Part shown: in pieces, positions 13,493 through 23,103 of the stretch
Position numbering within the stretch: position 1 is the stretch's first letter
How the letters are laid out: every line of letters begins with the position of its first letter
Virus record (IMG/VR): IMGVR_UViG_3300031555_004811
Length of the DNA stretch: 30,107 bases
From: a virus
Strand: one strand, 5' to 3'
The notes under the pieces: generated by a model
The model's database searches: none
Seen by the model: only the letters and a program-made list of their open reading frames with translations
Told to the model about the DNA's origin: nothing
Program-made: the position numbers and the translations under genes

Positions 13493-15188
13493 TATAGAAA
13501 AATATTATGAATATTTATTAGAACATCCTAAGAGAGCTAATAAAAAAATATTAGCAGTTTATAAAAAACTTGTTAATGATTTAAAAAATGGAAATAAGGT
13601 TGAATATGTTAATAAAGATACTGGTGAAGTTGAAACAATTGAGTATGTTTTTGATTATAGTAAATCACAAAGACCAATTAAGTTTTTAGAAAAATTTTGT
13701 TGTCACTCTAAAGGTAAATGGGCAGGAAAGCCTGTAGTATTAGAATTATGGCAAAAAGCAATGCTGGAAGCAGTATATGGTTTTGTAGATAAAGAAACAG
13801 GACTACGAAAGTACAAAAAAGTAGTCTTTTTTGTTGCAAAGAAAAATGGAAAAAGTTTTATTTCAAGTGGTATAGGTTTGTTTGGATTAACTTCTGATGG
13901 TGAAGGAGGAGCTGAAATATACTCTGTAGCAACAACTAGGGACCAAGCAAAAATAGTATGGCAAGAAGCAAAAAATATGGTTGGTAAGAGTCCTGCATTA
14001 AAGAAAAGATGCAGAAGAACTATTAATTCAATATTTTATGATAAAGAAAATGCTTGGTTTAGTCCTCTTGCTAGTAAAACCGATTCATTAGATGGTAAAA
14101 ATCCTTACTATGTTTTAGAAGATGAAGTATGGGCTTGGACTGATATGGATATGATTACCATAATGGAAGATGGTGTTTCATCAAGAGAACAACCTTTAAT
14201 ATTAGAAACATCTACAATGGGAACTGTAAGAGAGAAGGTTTTTGATAATGAGTATAGTTATTGTGAAAGAATTGTAAAAGGTTATTTGTGTGAACCTGAT
14301 GGAATAATAGATGAAACAATTTTGCCAATTATCTATGAATTAGATGAAAAAAGTGAATGGCAAGATGAAGAAGCTTGGTATAAAGCAAATCCTAATTTAG
14401 GAGTATCAAAGAAGATAGAATATTTAAGGAATCAAGTACAAAAAGCAATAAATGACCCTACTAAATTAACTAATCTTTTATGTAAAGATTTTAATGTAAG
14501 ACAGTCTTCTACAAGTAGTTGGTTGACTTATGAAGAACTTAATAATGAATCAACATATAAAGATGAAGAATTTAAAGACTGTTATTGTATTGGTGGTTGT
14601 GATTTAAGTAGTACTACTGATTTAACTTGTGCAACATTGATAGGATTTAAATCTGGTGAAATGAAGGTAAAGCAAATGTACTTTATACCAGAAAGTTTAT
14701 TAGATAAAAAGGTACAGGAAGATAAAATTCCATATGACAAATGGAAGGCACTAGGTTGGTTAAGAACTAGTGAAGGTAGTAGAGTAAATTATTCAGATGT
14801 AACTAATTGGTTTGTAGAACAAGTTGAAAAATTTGAATTAAGACCACTTTGGGTTGGATATGATAGTTGGAATGCTCAGTATTGGTGTGAGGAAATGAAA
14901 ACATTTGGTTTTGATATGGTAGCAGTAAGACAAGGTGCAAAAACGATGTCAACACCTATGAAACAAATGAAAGCAGATTTAATGGATAAAAAAATTAATT
15001 ACAATAATAATCCTATATTAAAATGGTGTCTTAGTAATATGTCTATTAAATCAGATGAGAACGAAAATATTAGACCAGTTAAGGAAAATCAAAGAGCTAG
15101 AATTGATGGTGCTGTAAGTTTAATAGATGCATATTGTGTTTATGTTGAAAGACAGCAAGAATATCTAGGATTTATAGGAGGAGAATAA
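13467..15188 (+). CDS. terL: Terminase large subunit
   Basis: 573 aa. Walker A-like VAKKNGKS, Walker B-like YYVLEDEV, and a C-terminal nuclease region (GGCDLSSTTDL ... IDGAVSL). Confidence 0.9.
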   Translation: MSLMTSTSNIEKYYEYLLEHPKRANKKILAVYKKLVNDLKNGNKVEYVNKDTGEVETIEYVFDYSKSQRPIKFLEKFCCHSKGKWAGKPVVLELWQKAMLEAVYGFVDKETGLRKYKKVVFFVAKKNGKSFISSGIGLFGLTSDGEGGAEIYSVATTRDQAKIVWQEAKNMVGKSPALKKRCRRTINSIFYDKENAWFSPLASKTDSLDGKNPYYVLEDEVWAWTDMDMITIMEDGVSSREQPLILETSTMGTVREKVFDNEYSYCERIVKGYLCEPDGIIDETILPIIYELDEKSEWQDEEAWYKANPNLGVSKKIEYLRNQVQKAINDPTKLTNLLCKDFNVRQSSTSSWLTYEELNNESTYKDEEFKDCYCIGGCDLSSTTDLTCATLIGFKSGEMKVKQMYFIPESLLDKKVQEDKIPYDKWKALGWLRTSEGSRVNYSDVTNWFVEQVEKFELRPLWVGYDSWNAQYWCEEMKTFGFDMVAVRQGAKTMSTPMKQMKADLMDKKINYNNNPILKWCLSNMSIKSDENENIRPVKENQRARIDGAVSLIDAYCVYVERQQEYLGFIGGE

Positions 15189-16399
15189 TGGAAATAAAAA
15201 GTTTATTTAAAAAAATATTTAATACAGATAAAAGTGTAACATATGGAACATCTTTAAAACTATTAAATGGCTATCCAGCATCATTTACAAATTTTGATGG
15301 TGAAATATATGATGATGTAGATGCAAGGTCATGTATAGATGCAATAGCAAGAAATGGTGCAAAACTAAATCCTAGACATATAGCATTAACAAAGAATGGA
15401 TACAAGAATGTAGATGATAACTTACATAGATTATTGTCAGAACAACCAAATGAACTTCAAAATGCATATGACTTTTATTATTATGTTATTACTGAACTTA
15501 AAAGATATAATGATGCTTATGTTTATATAGCTAGAGATGAAAATTATAAACCAATAGGACTGTATCCTCTTCATAGTAGTAGATATTCATTTGTTGAATA
15601 TAAGAATGAGATTTATATACAGTTTCAATTTGGAAATGGTATGAAACATACTTGTAACATTAAGGATGTAATCCATTTAAAAAATATGGCATCATCATCA
15701 AGTATAACAGGAGGAAATTCTTCACCAATTATTAAAGCATTAAGTATTAAACATATTATTGATGAGGGAATAGTTAATGCAATAAGAACAACTCAAAGTA
15801 TTAAAGGTGTATTAAAGAGTACAAAGGCAATGTTAAAACCAGAAGATGTTACTAAAATGAGAAATCAATTTGTTTCTGATTTTGTTAATAATGCTGATGG
15901 TTCAGGAATAGGTGGATTAGATGCTACAACTGATTTTAAGGAAATAAATTTAAATCCACAAACTGCAACAGATACTCAAGTTAAAGCATTTGATAATAAA
16001 GTGCTAAATTATTATGGTGTTAGTGAAAATATTATTCAAAGTAAATATACAGAAGATGAATGGAATGCATTTTATGAATCAATTTTAGAACCAATTGCAA
16101 TTCAAATGTCTTTAGAATTTACAAATAAGATATTTACATTAGGTGAAAGAAACCATGGTAATAAAATTGTATTTACTTCAAATAGGTTACAATATGCTAG
16201 TAATAATACAAAAATAAATATAGCAAGATATATGAGTAATTATATGATGATAGATGAAATAAGAGAAATACATAATTTGCCACCACTTCCAAATGGTGAA
16301 GGACAAAAAGTATTACAAGATTTAAATCATATAGATAGTTCAAAAGCTAATCAATATCAAATAGGAGAAAATAATGATAATGGAGGAAACAATGAATAA
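15188..16399 (+). CDS. Portal protein (HK97 family)
   Basis: 403 aa immediately after terL (TAATG overlap); the size and order are typical of the HK97-type head module. Confidence 0.85.
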   Translation: MEIKSLFKKIFNTDKSVTYGTSLKLLNGYPASFTNFDGEIYDDVDARSCIDAIARNGAKLNPRHIALTKNGYKNVDDNLHRLLSEQPNELQNAYDFYYYVITELKRYNDAYVYIARDENYKPIGLYPLHSSRYSFVEYKNEIYIQFQFGNGMKHTCNIKDVIHLKNMASSSSITGGNSSPIIKALSIKHIIDEGIVNAIRTTQSIKGVLKSTKAMLKPEDVTKMRNQFVSDFVNNADGSGIGGLDATTDFKEINLNPQTATDTQVKAFDNKVLNYYGVSENIIQSKYTEDEWNAFYESILEPIAIQMSLEFTNKIFTLGERNHGNKIVFTSNRLQYASNNTKINIARYMSNYMMIDEIREIHNLPPLPNGEGQKVLQDLNHIDSSKANQYQIGENNDNGGNNE

Positions 16400-16991
16400 A
16401 GAAAAAAGAATGCTTGAGGTTGAAATGAGAGCATTAGAAAATAATGAAGATAAGATGATAATTGAAGGATATCCAATAACATTTAACAGTCCTGCAAAAC
16501 ATGGTTATACAGAAATAATTGCAGATACTGCATTGGATAATTGTGATTTGAGTGATGTACCACTAAAGTATAATCACGAAGACAGTCATTTAATAATGGC
16601 TAGAACTAGAAATGGTTCATTAAAACTAGAAAAAGATTCAGTAGGTTTAAAAATGATAGCTGAACTTATTGATACACAGTCTAATAAGGATATTTATAAG
16701 TCAATAAAAGCAGGTTTAATAGATAAGATGAGTTTTGCATTTACTGTTAGAGCTGATGAATATGATTATGATTCTGATACAAGAATAATTACAGATATAG
16801 ATAGATTATATGATGTATCAGTAGTTGATTTACCATGGTATGACACTACAAGTGTTTATGCTAGAGGATTAGATAATTCAAATGATTTTATGGAAAAACG
16901 CAATAAATTAAGAGAAGAGAGAGAAGAACAAATAAAAAATGATAGTGAATTAGCTAGTTTAAAAGAAGAAATATTAAATAAATTAGGTTAA
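16392..16991 (+). CDS. Prohead maturation protease (HK97 family)
   Basis: It lies between the portal and capsid genes. The sequence IIEGYPITFNSP ... LKYNHE ... MSFAF is typical of the S78/U35 family. ATG 16392 sits behind GGAGGA; the track start is 16374. Confidence 0.8.
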   Translation: MNKEKRMLEVEMRALENNEDKMIIEGYPITFNSPAKHGYTEIIADTALDNCDLSDVPLKYNHEDSHLIMARTRNGSLKLEKDSVGLKMIAELIDTQSNKDIYKSIKAGLIDKMSFAFTVRADEYDYDSDTRIITDIDRLYDVSVVDLPWYDTTSVYARGLDNSNDFMEKRNKLREEREEQIKNDSELASLKEEILNKLG

Positions 16992-17005
16992 TACTCTTAT
17001 GAAAA

Positions 17006-17028
17006 AGGAACTGGATAGTTCTTTTTTT
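17006..17028 (+). terminator. Weak intrinsic terminator or attenuator between the protease and capsid genes
   Basis: AGGAAC-TGGATA-GTTCTT hairpin followed by a T7 run. Confidence 0.45.
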
Positions 17029-17125
17029 GTTGGTGGATACCAACTACGAGTTTAATAAATGCTGGATAGCAATAATGGGAAAGAAAACTGCCCTAAAGAG
17101 TATCAAAAACAAGGAGGATTCAGTT

Positions 17126-18217
17126 ATGGACAGATTAAAAGAAATTGAAAGTCGTAAGACTGAAATTAAAGCTCAAATAGAAACTCTAACTGTACTAGAA
17201 GAAGTGAGAAAACTTAATGAAGAAGTTGATGCTCTTTTAATAGAAGAAAGAGATTTAAAAGAAAGAGCTAAAAGAGAAACAATTGCTAGAAATATTGAAG
17301 AAGGCAATTTAGAAACAAAATCTTTAAATTTAATGGAGGAAAAGAAAATGGAAGAAAAGAAATATGGTATTGAAAGCAAAGAATATAGAAGTGCTTTCTT
17401 AAAAAATTTAATGGGTAAAGAATTAACTGTTGAAGAAAGAGCAGTTATAGCAAGTGCAAATGTTGCTGGTGCAATTCCTACAGAAACACAAAACAACATA
17501 TTTGCTAAAGTTGTTGAAAAAGCACCAATGTTAGATGAAATTACATTGTTAAATGTAAGAGGGAATGTAACATTTGTTGTTGAAGGTGCAAGAACTGATG
17601 GTGTAGATCATAAAGAAGGGGAAGCTATTACTGAAAGTGCTATTAACTTAGTTAAGGTTGAATTAGCAGGAACTGAAATTGTTAAACTTGTAACAATTAG
17701 TGAAACTGTTAAAACTATGACTATTGATGCATTTGAAGAATGGTTAACAGATATGTTATCAGATTCAATTGCTAACGCAGTTGAAGGAAAAATCTTTACT
17801 GCTTTAGAAGCAAATGGAACTCAAATTGCAAAAGAATTAAATGCTGACTCTATTAGAGAAGCAGTTGGAACATTACCTGCTGCTTATGATAAAGGTGCAA
17901 AATTCTATGTAAATAAAAGACAATTCTTTACAGAAGTTCTAGGTTTACAAGATAAAGCAAAACACGATTTAGTAACTTTTGCTAATGGTAAATATTATTT
18001 ACTTGGTTATGAAGTTGCTATGTCAGATAAAGCAACAAAATTAACTCTTGCAAATGCTAAAAAATTTGTTGGAAATTTACCACAACAAATTGAAGTTAAG
18101 AGTGCATATAACATAAACAACAACACTTATAGTTATTCAGGTGTTGCTATATATGATGGTAAATTAGCTATTGCAGAAGCTGCAGTTGTAATTACTGGTG
18201 CTACAGCTACTGAATAA
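17126..18217 (+). CDS. Major capsid protein (HK97 fold) with an N-terminal coiled-coil delta domain
   Basis: ATG 17126 behind AAGGAGGA. A coiled-coil scaffold-like N-terminus precedes the capsid body, and the gene follows the protease. Confidence 0.85.
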   Translation: MDRLKEIESRKTEIKAQIETLTVLEEVRKLNEEVDALLIEERDLKERAKRETIARNIEEGNLETKSLNLMEEKKMEEKKYGIESKEYRSAFLKNLMGKELTVEERAVIASANVAGAIPTETQNNIFAKVVEKAPMLDEITLLNVRGNVTFVVEGARTDGVDHKEGEAITESAINLVKVELAGTEIVKLVTISETVKTMTIDAFEEWLTDMLSDSIANAVEGKIFTALEANGTQIAKELNADSIREAVGTLPAAYDKGAKFYVNKRQFFTEVLGLQDKAKHDLVTFANGKYYLLGYEVAMSDKATKLTLANAKKFVGNLPQQIEVKSAYNINNNTYSYSGVAIYDGKLAIAEAAVVITGATATE

Positions 18218-18236
18218 TAAAAAGGAGTGATAGACA

Positions 18237-18533
18237 ATGCTAGAAAAAATTAAAAAAATAATGGGATTTAATAATAATGAATTTGATGATGTTATCAATA
18301 CATATATTGAATCTGCTAAATTGGATTTAAAACAAGTAGGCATTGTTGATTCCAAAATAAATGGCAAAGATGGACAACCTGATTCGTTAGTTTGTTCTGC
18401 AATTGTAAGTTATGTATTATCTTTTTTAGATATACCAAATGCTGAGTTATATTCAAATGCATATTCATTACAAAAAGATTCTTTAAGACATTATTCAAGT
18501 TATACTGTGGAAAATGAAAGTGAAGGTGAGTAA
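18237..18533 (+). CDS. Head-tail connector (gp6-like)
   Basis: Position after the capsid gene, about 100 aa, N-terminal pattern typical of gp6-like connector proteins. Confidence 0.6.
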   Translation: MLEKIKKIMGFNNNEFDDVINTYIESAKLDLKQVGIVDSKINGKDGQPDSLVCSAIVSYVLSFLDIPNAELYSNAYSLQKDSLRHYSSYTVENESEGE

Positions 18534-18535
18534 GT

Positions 18536-18835
18536 ATGCAATATACTGAAATCCTTTATTTGATTTCACAAGAAGAAATTAAAGATTCAATTGGAAATAT
18601 TATCTATAATGAATCTACAAAAAAAGTCTATGCTAAGAAAAACAAAGTTGGTTCTAAAGAGTTTTATAATGCAGTAGCAGTAGGAATAACACCTACTGCT
18701 GAACTGCAAATAAAAGTTTCTAATTATAATGATGAAAAAGAAGTTAAATATAACAATATTAGATATTCAATAATTAGAACTGTACCAATAAATAGAACTG
18801 ATATTGTTTTGGTTTTAGGCTTAAAACAAGGATAA
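18536..18835 (+). CDS. Head closure / head-tail adaptor protein
   Basis: Position and size in the connector module. Confidence 0.55.
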   Translation: MQYTEILYLISQEEIKDSIGNIIYNESTKKVYAKKNKVGSKEFYNAVAVGITPTAELQIKVSNYNDEKEVKYNNIRYSIIRTVPINRTDIVLVLGLKQG

Positions 18836-18836
18836 A

Positions 18837-19220
18837 TTGGCTGATTCTATACTTGATATAAGTAAAGTGTTAGAAAATTATGTAGATGATATTAAAGAAG
18901 ATATTATAGCAAGTGCTGAAAAGATAGCAAGTGATGGTGTTAGTAAATTAAAAAATACTAAAAACACATATAAGATAAGAAGTGGAAATTATAATAAGGG
19001 TTGGGCTAAAAAAATAGAAAAAGGTCCTAATTATGTAAATATTACTATACATAATGGTTCTAGTCCACAGTTAACTTATTGGCTTGAAAATGGACATGCT
19101 ACTAGAAATGGTGGAATGACAAAGGCATATGTGCATATATCTCCAGTTGAAGAAGAGTGTGTTAATGAGTTTGAACTTGAAGTAGAAAATATTGTTAGGA
19201 GGAATACAAATGATAGATGA
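18837..19220 (+). CDS. HK97 gp10-like head-tail joining protein
   Basis: TTG start directly after the upstream stop; position and size fit. Confidence 0.5.
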   Translation: MADSILDISKVLENYVDDIKEDIIASAEKIASDGVSKLKNTKNTYKIRSGNYNKGWAKKIEKGPNYVNITIHNGSSPQLTYWLENGHATRNGGMTKAYVHISPVEEECVNEFELEVENIVRRNTNDR

Positions 19221-19521
19221 AGAAAAATTGTATAATTTACTGTCAACATTAGGTTATCCTGTTGCTTATAGTCAATTTAAAGATAAGAAAGTATCTATAC
19301 CATTTATTTTATATAAGAATGATGCTACAGATACATTTAAAGCTGATGATAAGACATATTTAAAAAGTAATGATTTTATTATTACTTTGGTTACTTCAAA
19401 AAAAGACTTACAGGTTGAATTAAAACTAGAATCATTGTTAAATGAGAATAATTTGCCATTTGATAAAAATGAAGATTATATTGAAGGAGAAGATATATAT
19501 CAAATTCAATATTTTATTTAG
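19210..19521 (+). CDS. Tail completion / tail terminator protein
   Basis: ATG 19210 behind AGGAGGA; it is the last gene before the major tail protein. Confidence 0.5.
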   Translation: MIDEEKLYNLLSTLGYPVAYSQFKDKKVSIPFILYKNDATDTFKADDKTYLKSNDFIITLVTSKKDLQVELKLESLLNENNLPFDKNEDYIEGEDIYQIQYFI

Positions 19522-19547
19522 AAGAACTTTTATGAGTTCTTTTTTTA
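19522..19547 (+). terminator. Intrinsic terminator or attenuator upstream of the major tail gene
   Basis: AGAACT-TTTATG-AGTTCT hairpin followed by a T7 run. Confidence 0.55.
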
Positions 19548-19568
19548 ATTAATTATAGGAGGAATATT

Positions 19569-20141
19569 ATGAGTAATAACAAAGTTAAATTTGGCTTAAG
19601 AAATGTTAAGTATTCAAAAATAACTATAGATGAAGAAGGAAAATATGTATATGGTACTCCTGTGGCTATCCCAGGTGCTGTAAATCTATCATTATCACCT
19701 AGTGGAGAAACTAGTGATATGAATGCTGATGATGTTGTATATTTTTCTGTATCATCTAACCAAGGTTATGAAGGTGATTTAGAAATTGCATTAATTCCTG
19801 AATCTTTCTTAATTGATATCTTAGGATTTACTAAAGATACTAATGGGGCATTAATTGAAAATGCTGATGCACTAGCTTCACCATTTGCATTAGGATTTGA
19901 AGTTCAAGGAGATAAAAAACCTCGTAGAACATGGTTATATAATTGTTCTGCTTCAAGAAGTCCACAAAATGCTGCTACAAAAGAATCAAGTGTAGCACCA
20001 ACAACTGAAACATTATCTCTTAAGGCAATGCCTAGATTAGATGATAAGAATGTAAAAGTTACATTGGAATTAGATGATGCTAATAAAGATGCATATGATT
20101 CATTCTTTACAACCGTTTATGAAAAAACAGAAAGTGTTTAA
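19569..20141 (+). CDS. Major tail (tube) protein, phi13 family
   Basis: KFGLRNVKYSKI...YGTPVAIPGAVNLSLSPSGE...NADDVVYF...NQGYEGDLEIALIP matches the phi13-family major tail signature. Confidence 0.85.
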   Translation: MSNNKVKFGLRNVKYSKITIDEEGKYVYGTPVAIPGAVNLSLSPSGETSDMNADDVVYFSVSSNQGYEGDLEIALIPESFLIDILGFTKDTNGALIENADALASPFALGFEVQGDKKPRRTWLYNCSASRSPQNAATKESSVAPTTETLSLKAMPRLDDKNVKVTLELDDANKDAYDSFFTTVYEKTESV

Positions 20142-20144
20142 AAT

Positions 20145-20173
20145 TAAGGCTCAGCAATGGGCCTTTTATTTTT
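20145..20173 (+). terminator. Intrinsic terminator after the major tail gene
   Basis: 8-bp stem AAGGCTCA/TGGGCCTT with a GCAA tetraloop, followed by TTTTATTTTTT. Confidence 0.7.
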
Positions 20174-20194
20174 TAAGTAAGGAGAGTGTTTTTT

Positions 20195-22408
20195 ATGGCA
20201 AAAAAATTAAAAGGGATAACTATTGAAATAGGTGGTAATACCACAGGTTTAAGTAATTCATTAAAGGATGTAAATAAAGTAATTTCAGAAACAAATTATG
20301 AGTTAAGACAAGTTGATAAATTGTTAAAAATGGACCCATCAAATATAGAATTATTAACTCAAAAACAAGGGTTGCTTTCTGATGCAATAAAAGGCACTGT
20401 CAGCAAATATGAGCAATTAAAATTAGCTAAAGAACAAGCAGATGCTAGAATTGCATCTGGAAAAGAAGATGAAAACTCTGAAAGTTATAGAGAACTTCAA
20501 AGAGAAATAGCAGCAGCTGAATTAAGTTTGAATAAATTAAATGATGAGTTAAAAAATAATGAAAAAGCAATGAGTGACACAGGTAAACAAACTAGTTTAC
20601 TAGGAGATATAATAAAGGGTAACTTGATAAGTGATGCTATTACTGCTGGAATAAAAGGTTTAGCAAATGCTGCTAAATCAGTATGCTCTGCTATGGCTGA
20701 TATAGGCAAATCAGCAATTCAAAGTTATGCAGATTATGAACAGTTAATAGGTGGTGTTGAAACATTATTTAAAGATAGTTCTGATGTAGTTGAGGAATAT
20801 GCTAACAATGCATATAAAAACTCTGGTTTATCAGCTAATGAATATATGCAAACAGTAACATCATTCTCTGCAAGTTTGCTGCAGAGTTTAAACGGAGATA
20901 CTGCAGAGGCAGCAAAAATTGCTGATATGGCAATTATTGATATGGCTGACAATGCAAATAAAATGGGTACATCAATGGATATGATTCAAAATGCATATCA
21001 AGGGTTTGCTAAACAAAATTATACAATGCTAGATAACTTAAAATTAGGTTATGGTGGTACTAAGACAGAAATGGAAAGATTATTGGCTGATGCTGAAAAA
21101 ATGCCTGAAGCAATGGGCCAAAAATTTGATATATCTAATTATGCAGATGTCGTAAAAGCAATAAATGTTGTACAACAAAATATGAAAATTACAGGAACAA
21201 CACAAGAAGAAGCAAGTAAAACAATAACTGGTTCAGTTAATTCAATGAAATCAGCATACGACAATTTATTAACTGGACTTTCAAATGGAGATGCTGACAT
21301 TGGACAATTAATTACAAATTTGGTTGATAGTGTAATTACTGCTAGTGATAATATACTTCCCGTGGTTGACCAAATAGCAACAAGTGTTATGAATGTATTA
21401 CCTGAATTATTAAATAGCATTATTGAACAATTACCACATTTTTTGGAAGTTGGAACTAATATTTTAAATAGTTTAATTAGTGGAATACAAAATAACTTAC
21501 CTGCAATAATGAATGCTGTTATGCAAATAGTTACAACATTGGTCAATGCGTTAATTAAAAATTTACCTACAATTTTACAGGCTGGAATATCAATTTTAGT
21601 AGCAATAATAGATGGAATTGGTAAATCATTACCAGAACTAATTCCTGCTATAGTAGAAGCACTAATGATGGTTGTAGATGTTATTGCTAACAATATTGAT
21701 TTAATAATTACTGCTGGTATTGATTTAATTTTAGCTTTAGCAGATGGATTAATTGATGCAATACCAAAATTACTAGACAAAATTCCTACAGTAATATCAA
21801 ATATAGTTGAAAAATTACTAGAACCTGAAATGTTAGCAAAAATTATAACAGCTGCTGTACAATTAATGGTTGCATTAGGAAAAGGACTAGTTCAAGCAAT
21901 TCCAAAAGTTGTAGCACTAATTCCAAATATAATAGCTCAGTTATTTAATTCTATAAAAGATATAATTACTAAAACTGACTGGCTTAGTTTGGGTAAAAAT
22001 GTATTAAAGGGAATACTAAATGGTATGTTAGACTTTGGAAGTGTTGTATTAAATACAATTAAGAAAGTAGGTAATAAAATAACAAATTCAATAAAAGATT
22101 TTTTTGGAATTGCAAGTCCATCTAAACTTATGAAAAATGAAGTTGGTAAATATTTAGTTCAAGGAATAGGTGTTGGTGTAGAAGATGAAATGCCAAATGT
22201 AATTGATGATGTAAACAATGCAATGGGTGTTTTATCAAAAGAGGTTCAAGCTAGTGTAAATCCAGTTATAAATCCAACTGCAAATACTAATCCATTAATT
22301 ATTCAAATAGAAAACTTCAACAATGAAAGAGAAACTGATGTTGAGGCTTTTGCAGAAGAGTTAGAATTTTACAGAAGACAAACTGCACTTGCTAAAGGAG
22401 GTAATTAA
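20195..22408 (+). CDS. Tail tape measure protein
   Basis: About 737 aa. ATG 20195 behind AAGGAGAG. N-terminal ITIEIGGNTTGL motif and long helical, hydrophobic repeats. It lies between the tube and Dit genes. Confidence 0.9.
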   Translation: MAKKLKGITIEIGGNTTGLSNSLKDVNKVISETNYELRQVDKLLKMDPSNIELLTQKQGLLSDAIKGTVSKYEQLKLAKEQADARIASGKEDENSESYRELQREIAAAELSLNKLNDELKNNEKAMSDTGKQTSLLGDIIKGNLISDAITAGIKGLANAAKSVCSAMADIGKSAIQSYADYEQLIGGVETLFKDSSDVVEEYANNAYKNSGLSANEYMQTVTSFSASLLQSLNGDTAEAAKIADMAIIDMADNANKMGTSMDMIQNAYQGFAKQNYTMLDNLKLGYGGTKTEMERLLADAEKMPEAMGQKFDISNYADVVKAINVVQQNMKITGTTQEEASKTITGSVNSMKSAYDNLLTGLSNGDADIGQLITNLVDSVITASDNILPVVDQIATSVMNVLPELLNSIIEQLPHFLEVGTNILNSLISGIQNNLPAIMNAVMQIVTTLVNALIKNLPTILQAGISILVAIIDGIGKSLPELIPAIVEALMMVVDVIANNIDLIITAGIDLILALADGLIDAIPKLLDKIPTVISNIVEKLLEPEMLAKIITAAVQLMVALGKGLVQAIPKVVALIPNIIAQLFNSIKDIITKTDWLSLGKNVLKGILNGMLDFGSVVLNTIKKVGNKITNSIKDFFGIASPSKLMKNEVGKYLVQGIGVGVEDEMPNVIDDVNNAMGVLSKEVQASVNPVINPTANTNPLIIQIENFNNERETDVEAFAEELEFYRRQTALAKGGN

Positions 22409-22410
22409 TA

Positions 22411-23094
22411 ATGATTATTTGGAATGGAAAATTATTTAGAGAAAAAGGTATTATTGTTGAAAATATACCTGTAATTTCAAAAGGAAAAAAGAGAATAAAT
22501 AAGTATCAAATAGATGGTAGAAATGGTTTTATTGCAATAGATGAAGAAACATATGATTCTTTTGTTATATCTATTTCTTGCCATTTGGATACAAATAAAA
22601 CTAATATTGATGAAGTAAAAGAGTTCCTAGATGGTTATGGAACTCTTTCATTTGATGGAAAAAGAGAATATACAGCAATGATACAAAATCAAATAGATTT
22701 CTCTAAAGTTATGCAATTTAGAAAATTTATTATTCAATTTTTATGTAATCCTATTTCACAAGATATTGAAGTTAGTAGAAATGAAATATTAGAAAACACT
22801 AGTAATCTTGAAATATTAGATGCAACAGCAAAAATGTACCCAATTTTAGAAGTTGTTGGTGAGGGTGATATAAGTATTACATTTAATAATAAAACTTTTT
22901 ATTTATATGGTTTGAATCCATTAAATACATATACATTAGACTGTGAAAACAAGGTTATTATAGACCAAAACAATAATAATGCTGCAAATCTAATGAGATA
23001 TGATTTTCCATATTTAAATCCTGGTGTAAATGTAATTGAATATACAGGCTCTATATCTTCTTTAGTTATAAATTATAGAAAGGCCTATTTATAG
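22411..23094 (+). CDS. Distal tail protein (Dit)
   Basis: It directly follows the tape measure gene, and its N-terminus is typical of siphovirus tail family proteins. Confidence 0.75.
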   Translation: MIIWNGKLFREKGIIVENIPVISKGKKRINKYQIDGRNGFIAIDEETYDSFVISISCHLDTNKTNIDEVKEFLDGYGTLSFDGKREYTAMIQNQIDFSKVMQFRKFIIQFLCNPISQDIEVSRNEILENTSNLEILDATAKMYPILEVVGEGDISITFNNKTFYLYGLNPLNTYTLDCENKVIIDQNNNNAANLMRYDFPYLNPGVNVIEYTGSISSLVINYRKAYL

Positions 23095-23103
23095 GTGATA
23101 TGT

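Noticed and set aside
17027-17125. TTG-initiated 33-codon N-terminal extension of the capsid ORF in the track.
   Set aside because: There is no SD before 17027. The extension starts inside the T-run of a terminator-like hairpin, while ATG 17126 has a perfect AAGGAGGA. I treat the interval as leader RNA.
17173-17499. Minus-strand ORFs inside structural and early genes: 17173..17499, 18164..18367, 18316..18498, 24971..25219, 26108..26293, 4014..4217, 4394..4636, 5722..5994 and 7707..7985.
   Set aside because: All lie fully within well-supported plus-strand genes, lack an SD, and give low-complexity translations. They are shadow ORFs.
21139-21780. A 213-aa minus-strand ORF, plus 20497..20709 and 20734..20952, inside the tape measure gene.
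   Set aside because: These ORFs are antisense to a well-supported long gene. The translations are low-complexity (Ile/Ser/Ala-rich) and there is no SD. Such shadow ORFs are typical opposite Ala/Ile/Leu-rich coding sequence.
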